DNA of 64,000 bases. Source: Escherichia phage SR02. The stretch is taken from sequence record OQ870566.1; one strand, 5' to 3'. Shown in pieces: positions 27,197 to 35,792 of this stretch. The translations under genes and the position numbers were made by a program. The stretch's first letter is position 1. Every line of letters begins with the position of its first letter. The notes under the pieces were generated by a model. It saw nothing but the letters and a program-made list of their open reading frames with translations. It searched no databases and was not told the origin of the DNA.

Positions 27197-28495
27197 ATGA
27201 TTGTTATCCCGATTAACCGAATTGAAGATAAGGTTGCTCAACAACCTGATATCACTGTTGGTCGTCACTTTATTGAACAGTTGATTAACAACAACTTGAT
27301 TCCAGATTGTATTTGTCCCATCATCACTGGTGGGGCTGTTCGTGATGCTGTTCTTAATAATAGAGCACCTCATGACATTGATATCTTTATTGTCAGAGGA
27401 CAGGCACCAAGAACCCAAAATACTTTTATCCATCATGACCAGTGGCAAGATCTCGGACGAGAGGTTGAAAGTAATGTGAAAGAGTGGCTCGAGTCTCAAG
27501 ATATTGAGTACTCTTCCCTTCTTGCTGAATCTACAGATGAGCCGTATACTGGGACTTCTCAACTAACATTCACTGATATTATTGAGTTTCAGTGGAATGG
27601 GGTTCGTATCCAATTCATGTTTAACTATCCTACTTCTATTGAAGAGGTATTGGATAATTTTCCTATGATGTGTCGTGGTGCGATGACTCTTGACAAGCTG
27701 TTCATGACCCCCCATGGATATTTGTCTATGACCTCTCCTTGTCCAGTAGTTGTCTCTGGTCGTGAAATCAAGTATGTTCACAAGAAGTGGCCTAATTCAC
27801 AGGTATTAAGATTCTCCTCTCCATCTGTTGCATACCAATATATGGCACAATCTCGATATCTTCCTACACCTCAACCAGTTAATCATCTGGTCAACGAACG
27901 AGGTCAGGTTGCTCTTATTGAGGATACAACAAGTGCTCAGTATTGTGTTGACCGTGACATGAGTCGATTCTTTGGAATCCCTTATGAAGAGATTCAGTTA
28001 ATGTCAAGCACACATGGCTCTAGCCAGATTCATGCGTATTGGTCTGAAGGGTTGACAAATTTAACAACTAACACGGGTGGTGATCTACTTGGTCGAGAAG
28101 AGGAACCTAACCGACACAATGCAATTGAAGGGGTGTTTGTAGCCCCTGCAATGCGTAGAGCACAAGAGTCACGAAGAGTAAGCCCTACTCGTAGAACATC
28201 TTTTGAAGAAGCTCTTGGTATTACAAGAGATTCTATGGAGAGATGGATGGCTAGCACCTCTCGTGGTCGACCAAATGGTTTGACTGTCAGCCGTCATCAG
28301 TTCTCTGGTCAGGGCTTTGCTGTTGGCGATCTTGATATTCCTTCTCATGGTGAGCTGGCTGAGACTGTCAGTCGCAGTCTCGCTGATCGCTTTGTTGCTA
28401 ACAACCCTGAAGTATTAGAACCTCAAACCCGTACAGTTCGGTTTGCTGATGAAGCGGGTCGTGGAATCTCTTTTGACGTAGAAACAAATAACTAA
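27197..28495 (+). CDS. nucleotidyltransferase (pol-beta superfamily, CCA-adding/poly(A)-polymerase-type head) with unknown C-terminal extension
   Basis: GGAVRDAVL...HDIDIF motif. Confidence 0.55.
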   Translation: MIVIPINRIEDKVAQQPDITVGRHFIEQLINNNLIPDCICPIITGGAVRDAVLNNRAPHDIDIFIVRGQAPRTQNTFIHHDQWQDLGREVESNVKEWLESQDIEYSSLLAESTDEPYTGTSQLTFTDIIEFQWNGVRIQFMFNYPTSIEEVLDNFPMMCRGAMTLDKLFMTPHGYLSMTSPCPVVVSGREIKYVHKKWPNSQVLRFSSPSVAYQYMAQSRYLPTPQPVNHLVNERGQVALIEDTTSAQYCVDRDMSRFFGIPYEEIQLMSSTHGSSQIHAYWSEGLTNLTTNTGGDLLGREEEPNRHNAIEGVFVAPAMRRAQESRRVSPTRRTSFEEALGITRDSMERWMASTSRGRPNGLTVSRHQFSGQGFAVGDLDIPSHGELAETVSRSLADRFVANNPEVLEPQTRTVRFADEAGRGISFDVETNN

Positions 28496-28504
28496 GGAAT
28501 AAGA

Positions 28505-29059
28505 ATGAGTTTACTAGGAAGCCCAGAGTTACATAAACTAATTGATGATGGTGTTATTGATGCACCACACTCAGCTGTTAACTCCTCCAGCATTGACGTC
28601 CGTATTGGAGATCGTGTTCTGATGGAAGGTGCAGCTAATGGGGTTGTTGATATCTCTGCTAAAGAATCTCCTAACTTCAACGAGGTTATGATTCCAGAGG
28701 AAGGGTTGGTGATCAAACCGGGTGAGTGTTTCTTGGCTCATACAGTGGAGACATTCAATCTTCCAGACAACATTAGCTGTGACTTCATGCTACGATCTAC
28801 TGTCGGTCGTTGCTTCTTAGAGCACATGCACGCTGGTCATGCAGATGGCGGTTGGCATGGCAGTCAGTTAACTATGGAATTCAAGAATGTCCTACAACAT
28901 CACTCTCTTCTGATCAAGCCGGGGATGCGTATTGGTCAAATGGAGTTCTTTAAACACTCCTCATCCGAAGAGGACAGTTACGCAACGAAAGGTTCATATA
29001 ATAACCAACAAGGGCCGACAAAAGCTTTTGGTGGAACAAACCATGCTGATATGCTATGA
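28505..29059 (+). CDS. dCTP deaminase/dUTPase-family protein
   Basis: SSIDVRIG, RSTVGR, ADGGWHGSQLTMEF motifs. Confidence 0.65.
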   Translation: MSLLGSPELHKLIDDGVIDAPHSAVNSSSIDVRIGDRVLMEGAANGVVDISAKESPNFNEVMIPEEGLVIKPGECFLAHTVETFNLPDNISCDFMLRSTVGRCFLEHMHAGHADGGWHGSQLTMEFKNVLQHHSLLIKPGMRIGQMEFFKHSSSEEDSYATKGSYNNQQGPTKAFGGTNHADML

Positions 29060-29552
29060 TGAAGTAGTTGACCTCTTTAATATAGACATGTCAGCACCTT
29101 CAGGGCTTTCTTGGAAAAGGAAGCCTAGTAAGTTTGCTAATGATATAGTAGGTAAACCTGCTGGTAAGCTCACAAAAGATGGATATTATCAAATTCCCTT
29201 AGGAGGAGTTCGTGTCCATAATCATAGGATTCTTTTTGTTCTTTATACTGGTGAGGATTTATCGGATGAATATCAAATAGATCATGCTGACGGTAATAGA
29301 GAAAACCTAGAAGAAACTAACCTGAGAAAATGCTCTCACTCTGAGAATAGTCAGAATGCTAAGACAAGGGTTGATAACAAACTAGGAATCAAGAATGTCT
29401 ACCGAGAGAAAGGTGGAACGTTCTGTGTATCTGTTCAAAAAGACGGTAAACGTGAGTCTGTATATGGGGTGAAAACTCTTGAAGAGGCTAAGATTTTGGC
29501 TAAGTCTATGAGAAGTAGACTTCATCTCTCCTTTAATGTGGATGAAAGATAA
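29043..29552 (+). CDS. HNH homing endonuclease with C-terminal AP2-like DNA-binding domain
   Basis: YQIDHADGNRENLEE...HSEN HNH motif; AP2-like VYREKGGTFCVSV. Confidence 0.7.
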   Translation: MLICYDEVVDLFNIDMSAPSGLSWKRKPSKFANDIVGKPAGKLTKDGYYQIPLGGVRVHNHRILFVLYTGEDLSDEYQIDHADGNRENLEETNLRKCSHSENSQNAKTRVDNKLGIKNVYREKGGTFCVSVQKDGKRESVYGVKTLEEAKILAKSMRSRLHLSFNVDER

Positions 29553-29747
29553 ATGAAAAAGTTTTGGTTAGTGAAGATTAAGTGGTCATCTGGTTGTACG
29601 ACTATGACCGCACTACCTACTCGTCAACAGGCTCGAGATTTTAAAAAGTCTATGTTCCATGGAGATTTAACTAAGAGCGTTAGTATCCATAAGGCCAAGG
29701 AGTATTCTTCTGGTCGTGTTTATATCAGCGGAAAGGTACATTACTAA
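29553..29747 (+). CDS. small protein (MKK..W...Y-terminal paralog group)
   Basis: Similar N/C termini to 29747 and 31165. Confidence 0.4.
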   Translation: MKKFWLVKIKWSSGCTTMTALPTRQQARDFKKSMFHGDLTKSVSIHKAKEYSSGRVYISGKVHY

Positions 29748-29956
29748 TGAAAAAGATGTGGGCTATTCATGTTGTTTGGGATCTTGAGCAACACATGAGA
29801 AAAGATAACATCAAATTGTTTGACACTCGCAAAGAGGCTCGTATTGCTAAGAAACAGTTGAAGACTCTGGGCACAATAGTAAAAAGCGCTGACATACATC
29901 GCTGGTATGAAGACCCTAACACTGGTTCTTTTATGTCTAAAGTAATTTACTACTGA
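29747..29956 (+). CDS. small protein (paralog group)
   Basis: MKKMW...VIYY. Confidence 0.4.
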   Translation: MKKMWAIHVVWDLEQHMRKDNIKLFDTRKEARIAKKQLKTLGTIVKSADIHRWYEDPNTGSFMSKVIYY

Positions 29957-29980
29957 TTGGTAGTAGATATGATAACTCTC

Positions 29981-29989
29981 AAATGTATA
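29981..29989 (+). promoter_or_regulatory. AAATGTATA motif (variant of TAATGTATA) upstream of 30029
   Basis: Motif ~40 nt upstream of start. Confidence 0.35.
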
Positions 29990-30028
29990 TAGAGTACAAT
30001 AAGAATTTGTATTTTACAGGAGAGAGTT

Positions 30029-30358
30029 ATGTTAGATTTGAGTAAAGTGGCCCCGCCCACTGAAGAGATTACAAAATCCAAGGTGATGCAACAGTTTTAT
30101 CATCGTGATATGCTTGGTCGCTTTATCAAGAATCGTGATGTTGTTGCTTGGTCTATCGGTAATCAGGGATATCTGTTGAAGGTTCTTCAGGTCACAGGTT
30201 CAACTGCTAAGCGAGTTAAGGTGTATGACCCTGAAATGGGGCGTTCTAAGTCAGTAGACCCACAGAACTGCATCGTAATTACCCAGCAGGTAATGGATAA
30301 CATTGCACGTAACGTTGCTAACTCAGTTGAACTTGATGGAGAAAACCCAAATGCATAA
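30029..30358 (+). CDS. hypothetical protein
   Basis: GGAGAG RBS; preceded by AAATGTATA motif. Confidence 0.5.
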   Translation: MLDLSKVAPPTEEITKSKVMQQFYHRDMLGRFIKNRDVVAWSIGNQGYLLKVLQVTGSTAKRVKVYDPEMGRSKSVDPQNCIVITQQVMDNIARNVANSVELDGENPNA

Positions 30359-30914
30359 GAATGTCTTTGATTTACCTGAGATTGGTCGTGTCGACTACAA
30401 TATGTTAGACCGGTCTGAGCTTTCAATCTCTCGCCTTGAAACAATGCAAGGCATGATTAGTGGAAACAGCCTAGAACACATCCTGAGCTGCTTACAAGCT
30501 AACATGGAACTCTTGCATATCAAAGCTAAAAACTACCACTGGAACGTCTCTGGTGCAGGATTTCAGGGTGTTCATGGTATGTTTGATGAGCTTGAAGATT
30601 ACGCACGACAAGTAGGAGATCGTATTGCTGAACGTATGCGTTACCACTGTGTTAAAGTGGATGCTACAGCAGCCAATTATCTTTCTCATGCTTGGTTCTC
30701 AGAGGGTAATGCTGACCTAGACATGGACGGTATGCTCTCTGATATGTGCATGACCTTGATGTGTATTATTGAGAAGATGGATGAGTTTGATGGTGATTTA
30801 GCCACTTATCCAGTTGATCAGAGTATGCTTCAAGAAATTAATGAAGGTCTTGGCAAGTATTGCTACTTCGTCAAGAGCAACATGTCCCACTCAAGTGGTG
30901 ATGTGTCTTATTAA
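30351..30914 (+). CDS. Dps/ferritin-like protein
   Basis: KNYHWNVSGAGFQGVHGMFDELEDYARQVGDRIAERM matches Dps ferroxidase-site region. Confidence 0.6.
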   Translation: MHKNVFDLPEIGRVDYNMLDRSELSISRLETMQGMISGNSLEHILSCLQANMELLHIKAKNYHWNVSGAGFQGVHGMFDELEDYARQVGDRIAERMRYHCVKVDATAANYLSHAWFSEGNADLDMDGMLSDMCMTLMCIIEKMDEFDGDLATYPVDQSMLQEINEGLGKYCYFVKSNMSHSSGDVSY

Positions 30915-30975
30915 AAACCTCCGCCCTGTCTCCTAATCCGAGGTGGGGCGAACTCATTTATAAGGATATAAATAT

Positions 30976-31155
30976 ATGTTATCAGCAATCGTATGGGGTA
31001 TTTGGGCTATCTTTATTGGTGGTGGTATCTATTGGGCTTCTGGCAAGCTTATTGAAGAAACTCCTGACAAGAAAGGTGAGATTCAAACAGCATCAACCAT
31101 CATGGTTATCGTAGCTGTTGTTATCCCATTCCTGCTTCACCTCCTGACTGCATAA
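30976..31155 (+). CDS. 59-aa two-TM membrane protein
   Basis: AAGGA RBS; two hydrophobic segments. Confidence 0.4.
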   Translation: MLSAIVWGIWAIFIGGGIYWASGKLIEETPDKKGEIQTASTIMVIVAVVIPFLLHLLTA

Positions 31156-31164
31156 GGTTCTTAA

Positions 31165-31365
31165 ATGAAAAAATGGTCCGTAGTTTGTGTTGACCCTTCA
31201 GGTGCTATTCTATGGGACTTGACTGGTGATACAAGGAAAGAGATGCGTATTCTTAAAAAGATGCTCAAAGAAGATAACCCTCAAGGGGATGTTTTTCATT
31301 TAGTAAAAACAGAAATGTCCAAAAGTGGGAAGGTCCAACCTGACTTGAGTAAAATTTACTATTAA
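31165..31365 (+). CDS. small protein (paralog group)
   Basis: MKKWSVV...KIYY. Confidence 0.4.
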   Translation: MKKWSVVCVDPSGAILWDLTGDTRKEMRILKKMLKEDNPQGDVFHLVKTEMSKSGKVQPDLSKIYY

Positions 31366-31373
31366 GGAACCGA

Positions 31374-31649
31374 ATGTCTAAAGTAATTAAGTTTTATAGT
31401 GATCAGTGCGCTCCATGTAAAGCAATGGCTCCTACCTTTGAGAAGGTTGTTAAGGAGTTCGATGTAGAAGTGGAAGAGATTAACATCCTTGAAGGTGATG
31501 GTCGTGAACAAGCTGTTAAGTATGGTGTACGAAGCATCCCTGCTTTTGTTGTACCTGACCGTAACAGTGGTGCACACTACAGCCTCTCCGGTATGCAGAC
31601 TGAAGCAAACCTGAAAGCATTTTTGGACACAGCCCTGAGAAATAAGTAA
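31374..31649 (+). CDS. thioredoxin-family protein
   Basis: CAPC active-site motif followed by KAMAP. Confidence 0.7.
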   Translation: MSKVIKFYSDQCAPCKAMAPTFEKVVKEFDVEVEEINILEGDGREQAVKYGVRSIPAFVVPDRNSGAHYSLSGMQTEANLKAFLDTALRNK

Positions 31650-31664
31650 TAAGGATATTCACGG

Positions 31665-32321
31665 ATGAATGAACAACTACAAGCAACATTAATCGAAGCT
31701 ATGGGAAGTGATCGTAGCGTAGTAAACGCAGCTCGAGTTTCCTTTGGCGTAACCCGTGAAGGTGATTTAAATGAACGTGATGAACGTCTCATCAACTTCC
31801 TCGCAAGAGAGAAGCATGTCACGCCTTTCAGGCACCCGCAAGTCAGTTTCCGATGCAAAGCACCTATCGCAATTGCGAGACAGTTGGGCAAGCATCAGGT
31901 TGGATTCTCGTGGAACGAAATGTCCCGGCGGTATAAAGATGGAGCAGTTGAAGTCTTCATCCCTAAAGAGATTTTTGCGAGACCTTCGGACCTCCATGCA
32001 GGTTCAGGGATTCAACTCATCGACGGAGAGCGAGCTGAAGCATTAATGCTGATTAACGATGCATATGAAGCTTCTCTAGCAGCATATGACAAGTTGATTG
32101 AATTTATTGCACCAGAGCAAGCTCGATTTGTTCTTCCTCAGGGGATGATCACTGAGTGGGTATGGACTGGTTCTTTATATGGCTGGTTTGAGTTATGTCG
32201 TCAGCGACTCTCCTCTCACGCTCAATATGAAGTTCGAGTGTTTGCTAAATCTCTGGATGAAGAGATGGCTAAACTTTACCCAATCTCATGGGCAGCTCTG
32301 AAGAAAACTTTGGAGAATTAA
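31665..32321 (+). CDS. thyX: ThyX-like flavin-dependent thymidylate synthase with divergent signature
   Basis: AARVSFG...HVTPFRHPQVSF...SWNEMSRRY; canonical RHR replaced by KHQ. Confidence 0.65.
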   Translation: MNEQLQATLIEAMGSDRSVVNAARVSFGVTREGDLNERDERLINFLAREKHVTPFRHPQVSFRCKAPIAIARQLGKHQVGFSWNEMSRRYKDGAVEVFIPKEIFARPSDLHAGSGIQLIDGERAEALMLINDAYEASLAAYDKLIEFIAPEQARFVLPQGMITEWVWTGSLYGWFELCRQRLSSHAQYEVRVFAKSLDEEMAKLYPISWAALKKTLEN

Positions 32322-32455
32322 TGTTGGAAGAAGATGACGATGTGTTCTGCACCAAGTGTGGGATGACAGTTGATGATGCATATGACCCAAGTGTAGAAAT
32401 TTGCCCTTGTTGTGGAGTATGTGAATATTGCTGTTCCCATAACTCAGAGGATTAG
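32321..32455 (+). CDS. 44-aa Cys-rich peptide
   Basis: TAATG coupling; CTKCG, CPCCGVCEYCC. Confidence 0.35.
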   Translation: MLEEDDDVFCTKCGMTVDDAYDPSVEICPCCGVCEYCCSHNSED

Positions 32456-32509
32456 CAGGAATTTCTGATGAAAATAAAACATATTACAGATATTCAGGAA
32501 GCATTCTAA

Positions 32510-32701
32510 ATGCCTCCTCGAAGAGAGAAGGATAAGATTAAAAAGCTTATTCAAGTTTATGGTCATACATCTAAAGATGATATAGACTATATGCCTTCTA
32601 CTTTCGTAGAATGTGGGATTGCTAGCGGTTTCACATTCGACCATAAAGTGTTTCAGCAATTCGTTGACCACTGGAGAAAAGATGGAAAAGAAGATCTGTA
32701 G
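32510..32701 (+). CDS. hypothetical small protein
   Basis: ORF-track. Confidence 0.4.
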   Translation: MPPRREKDKIKKLIQVYGHTSKDDIDYMPSTFVECGIASGFTFDHKVFQQFVDHWRKDGKEDL

Positions 32702-32867
32702 CTTCTGTAAGAAAGAGAAGCCTATCGCCAACTTTAAGCCCAATCCTGTGACTGGTCTGAATCATGTGATGTGTCACTCTTGTAGGATATATCTTGAAAC
32801 AAAGCACACCATTAACAGGTTGCACTATTATCACCCAACAACATTCAAATTTAAGGTTGTGAAATGA
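32682..32867 (+). CDS. small zinc-finger-like protein
   Basis: CSFCKK...CHSC. Confidence 0.4.
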   Translation: MEKKICSFCKKEKPIANFKPNPVTGLNHVMCHSCRIYLETKHTINRLHYYHPTTFKFKVVK

Positions 32868-33187
32868 TTGACAGTAATACATTTAGGACTTCAAATGGAA
32901 GTGAAATAAGTCCTGCTGAAGTAATTAATCGGCATAGAAGGCAATTGATCATCCATTCCTATTTGTATTACTGGTTGGATGACCCTATCTGGTCTGATGA
33001 TAAATGGCAACAAGTTGCTAATGATTTGGTTGAGTTGCAAGCCTTATATCCAGAGCCTACCGGAGTCTTTGACAATGAGTTCAAAGATTGGGATGGTTCT
33101 ACAGGAATGCACCTCCCACATAACGAAGCTGTTGCTTGTATGGCGACAGCTGTTTACAGACTTCATAAAGGGGTTAACTTCGCATGA
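32864..33187 (+). CDS. hypothetical protein
   Basis: Overlap coupling. Confidence 0.45.
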   Translation: MIDSNTFRTSNGSEISPAEVINRHRRQLIIHSYLYYWLDDPIWSDDKWQQVANDLVELQALYPEPTGVFDNEFKDWDGSTGMHLPHNEAVACMATAVYRLHKGVNFA

Positions 33188-33384
33188 GCGTAGTTTATGT
33201 TCTAGAAAGATATGCTGAAGATCACAACAGTATTGTTGCCATATTTAAATATGCCCCGGATGTTGAGGATATTTTGAATGTGACTCACTTAACTGATGTT
33301 GATAAAATCAAAGACCTCATCAGGAATGACAATGCCCACATAGGTGACTCCCTGTGGTCTCTTACTGAATGGACATTGTGGTGA
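33184..33384 (+). CDS. hypothetical small protein
   Basis: Overlap coupling. Confidence 0.4.
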   Translation: MSVVYVLERYAEDHNSIVAIFKYAPDVEDILNVTHLTDVDKIKDLIRNDNAHIGDSLWSLTEWTLW

Positions 33385-33566
33385 AGTGCTCTAAATGTGA
33401 AGGAACAAACCTTCATTTAAGTAACAAGGTTATCAGAGAGCTTGCCAAAGGCTCTCCAACCAAAGGGAAGAACAAACGATTTACTAATGTCAGGGTTTAT
33501 ACAGCAATCTGTAAAGACTGCTTAACTACTGAGTGTCATTACGAAGAAATTGGAGAGCGTAAATGA
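33369..33566 (+). CDS. small zinc-ribbon protein
   Basis: CSKCEG...CKDC. Confidence 0.4.
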   Translation: MDIVVKCSKCEGTNLHLSNKVIRELAKGSPTKGKNKRFTNVRVYTAICKDCLTTECHYEEIGERK

Positions 33567-34300
33567 GTCGTCGTCAATCACGGAAAGAATCACGGAAAGA
33601 TCTTCGTCGGGAAGCACTTGTTACTCGTAAGGGTAAGCGAGAGTATGAAGAGGTGGTTTTAGCAAAGCCTGTAGTCCCTCAGAACCAGTTTCAGTCTGAG
33701 CTACTCAATGCTATTAAGACTAAACAAGTTGTGTTCACAGACGCTCCTGCGGGCTGTGGTAAGACCTTTGTAATCACTTCCACAGTTATTGATGCACTGA
33801 AGAGTGGTAAGATTCAGAAGATCATTCTGAGTCGCCCTTCGGTAGGCATGGGTAATTCTCTTGGGTTACTTCCGGGAGGAATGCGTGAGAAGTTTGAACC
33901 ATACCTGATGCCTATCATTGATGTTATTACTCAGCGATACGGTAAGGGATTCTATGAATGCCAAATCGGAAATGGTAACATTGAGTTTGTACCTCTGGAA
34001 TATCTCCGTGGTCGTTCTTTCAATGATGCTATTGTTATTGTTGATGAGTTCCAGAACACAACTAAAGATGAAGCCTTCTCCATCATGACTCGATTGGGAG
34101 AAACCTCTCAGCTGTTCTGTATGGGTGATACAAACCAGCATGATATGCGTGGTCGTGAGAGTGGTCTTACTTGGGCTACTAACTTTATTGATGAACACGA
34201 TCTGTATGAGTTCGCTGAGATTGTAGATGGTGAATCAGATGATATTGTTCGTTCTGGTTTCTGTAAGGCGATTGTTAAAGCAATGGAAAAGAAAGCTTAA
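33563..34300 (+). CDS. phoH: PhoH-like ATPase
   Basis: Walker A APAGCGKTF and IVDEFQNTT. Confidence 0.8.
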   Translation: MSRRQSRKESRKDLRREALVTRKGKREYEEVVLAKPVVPQNQFQSELLNAIKTKQVVFTDAPAGCGKTFVITSTVIDALKSGKIQKIILSRPSVGMGNSLGLLPGGMREKFEPYLMPIIDVITQRYGKGFYECQIGNGNIEFVPLEYLRGRSFNDAIVIVDEFQNTTKDEAFSIMTRLGETSQLFCMGDTNQHDMRGRESGLTWATNFIDEHDLYEFAEIVDGESDDIVRSGFCKAIVKAMEKKA

Positions 34301-34311
34301 ACAGTAACTTA

Positions 34312-34320
34312 TAATGTATA
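34312..34320 (+). promoter_or_regulatory. TAATGTATA motif 36 nt upstream of 34357
   Basis: Exact TATAATGTATA. Confidence 0.45.
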
Positions 34321-34356
34321 CTCCTTAGTGTACACTGATATATTAAGGAGTTTTAA

Positions 34357-34674
34357 ATGGCAGACCATGTAGGAAAGAGAGATTATGCACAAGAAAGACG
34401 TACCGCAATTGCCCGTGGTGAAACAGGCGTTGGGAGCAAGAGCGGAGATGCTCAGCGCCACCGTGCACGTCGCATCGTTGAAAAGCGCGATGGAAAAGCT
34501 GCTGTCAGAGGTAAAGATGTTGGACACAAACGAGCTGTCAAGTCTGGAGGCTCTAATGCGTCAAGCAACTTACGTGTTGAATCAGTCAGCTCAAACCGTT
34601 CAAACGGCGGCAAAAGTGGTGATCGAGCTGGAAAAGCAAACGGAGCTAGGAAGGGGGCGTTGAGTGGTTCTTGA
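34357..34674 (+). CDS. basic Gly/Ser/Arg-rich hypothetical protein (frame ambiguous; overlapping +1 frame ORF 34385-34663)
   Basis: Strong AAGGAG RBS 36 nt after TAATGTATA motif; the alternative frame encodes a more helical protein. Confidence 0.35.
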   Translation: MADHVGKRDYAQERRTAIARGETGVGSKSGDAQRHRARRIVEKRDGKAAVRGKDVGHKRAVKSGGSNASSNLRVESVSSNRSNGGKSGDRAGKANGARKGALSGS

Positions 34675-35014
34675 TGACACCCTATCTTATGATGCGGTCA
34701 CAGGTAACCTATACTACACAAAATCTCCAAGCAAAGGAGTGATGTGGAACAAAAGCCATCCCGGAAAGATAGCTGGATGTAGGATATCGAAAGGCTATAT
34801 CGGTGTGTATTTCCAAGGAAGACAATGGAGAGCGCACCGGCTTATAGCTACACACTTTATACCAAACCCTAACAATTATCCAGAAGTCAACCACATAAAT
34901 GGGGTAAAAGACGATAATCGACTGGAGAATCTTGAATGGGTATCCGCTTCTGAAAACATACAACACTCCTTTGATACAGGGTTGAATAAAGGACATATTC
35001 GTGACAATAACTGA
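34664..35014 (+). CDS. HNH homing endonuclease (GTG start), separated by an in-frame TGA from a downstream HTH ORF
   Basis: HRLIATHF...VNHINGVKDDNRLENLEWVSASEN; by eye, collinear with the HNH at 29043. Confidence 0.6.
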   Translation: MVLDDTLSYDAVTGNLYYTKSPSKGVMWNKSHPGKIAGCRISKGYIGVYFQGRQWRAHRLIATHFIPNPNNYPEVNHINGVKDDNRLENLEWVSASENIQHSFDTGLNKGHIRDNN

Positions 35015-35155
35015 ATGACCAAGCTATCTTCTGAGGATGTTGTAAAGATTAAACAGATGTATGTGAAGGGTTCTAGGGATTTTGGCTCTAGAGGTCTTGG
35101 TAAGTTGTTTGGCGTGAGTCATACAGCAATACTTCATGCTTTAAAGGAGCTTTAA
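35015..35155 (+). CDS. 46-aa HTH peptide, probable detached C-terminal DNA-binding module of the HNH endonuclease
   Basis: ATG directly after the in-frame TGA; GLGKLFGVSHTAILHAL HTH. Confidence 0.4.
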   Translation: MTKLSSEDVVKIKQMYVKGSRDFGSRGLGKLFGVSHTAILHALKEL

Positions 35156-35173
35156 GCTCATAAAGAGGTTATA

Positions 35174-35467
35174 GTGTCAGCAGAAACAAAAAGATGTACA
35201 ATTCATACTTATTGTAAATTCTGTAAAGCAGAGGGTGTAAAAAGAGTTGCAACTTTAATGACCAAGTATTCTCCAAGTAGAGGATACAGGGACCACTATA
35301 AGCACTACTCTTGTAGTGATCACTCCCATCTATTAGAAGATACAGACCCGAATAGAACAAGGAGAGAGCATAACATTGACCTGAGAGCTACTCTCAAGGA
35401 AATGAAAAACAACTCTCGAAACAACCATTACACTGAAGCTGACTATCAAACTTGGCTTCGTCTCTAG
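35174..35467 (+). CDS. Cys/His-rich hypothetical protein (GTG start)
   Basis: AAGAGG RBS. Confidence 0.45.
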   Translation: MSAETKRCTIHTYCKFCKAEGVKRVATLMTKYSPSRGYRDHYKHYSCSDHSHLLEDTDPNRTRREHNIDLRATLKEMKNNSRNNHYTEADYQTWLRL

Positions 35468-35471
35468 AACA

Positions 35472-35503
35472 AAGGCTGCCTAATCAGGTGGCCTTTTCTT
35501 TTA
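35472..35503 (+). terminator. rho-independent terminator
   Basis: AAGGCTGCC-TAATCA-GGTGGCCTT + TTTCTTTT; same hairpin family as 9312. Confidence 0.6.
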
Positions 35504-35536
35504 TATAAACCAAATTAAACTTCTTAGGTAATAAAT

Positions 35537-35791
35537 ATGTCTATTGTAAAAATCGTAAATATCATTGATGTAACTCGTACCGGTAAAACTATCAGTTGGA
35601 AATTCACCAATAAGCATAGAGGTTCAGAGAACATCATTCGTTATATGATTCAACAAAACCCAAATACAGCTCGCACTAACGTACTCCTTCGCGGAGCTGA
35701 TGGAAAATTTATCTCTTATAAGAATAAGAACGTAGAAAAATCTTTCCGTGTTGCAGTAGAAAACCTCATCCCATTCCCTAAAGGAGTTTAA
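35537..35791 (+). CDS. small protein, paralog of 35793
   Basis: Shared FISYKNK/FISYRDA and LIPFPKG/LMPFPKG. Confidence 0.5.
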   Translation: MSIVKIVNIIDVTRTGKTISWKFTNKHRGSENIIRYMIQQNPNTARTNVLLRGADGKFISYKNKNVEKSFRVAVENLIPFPKGV

Positions 35792-35792
35792 T

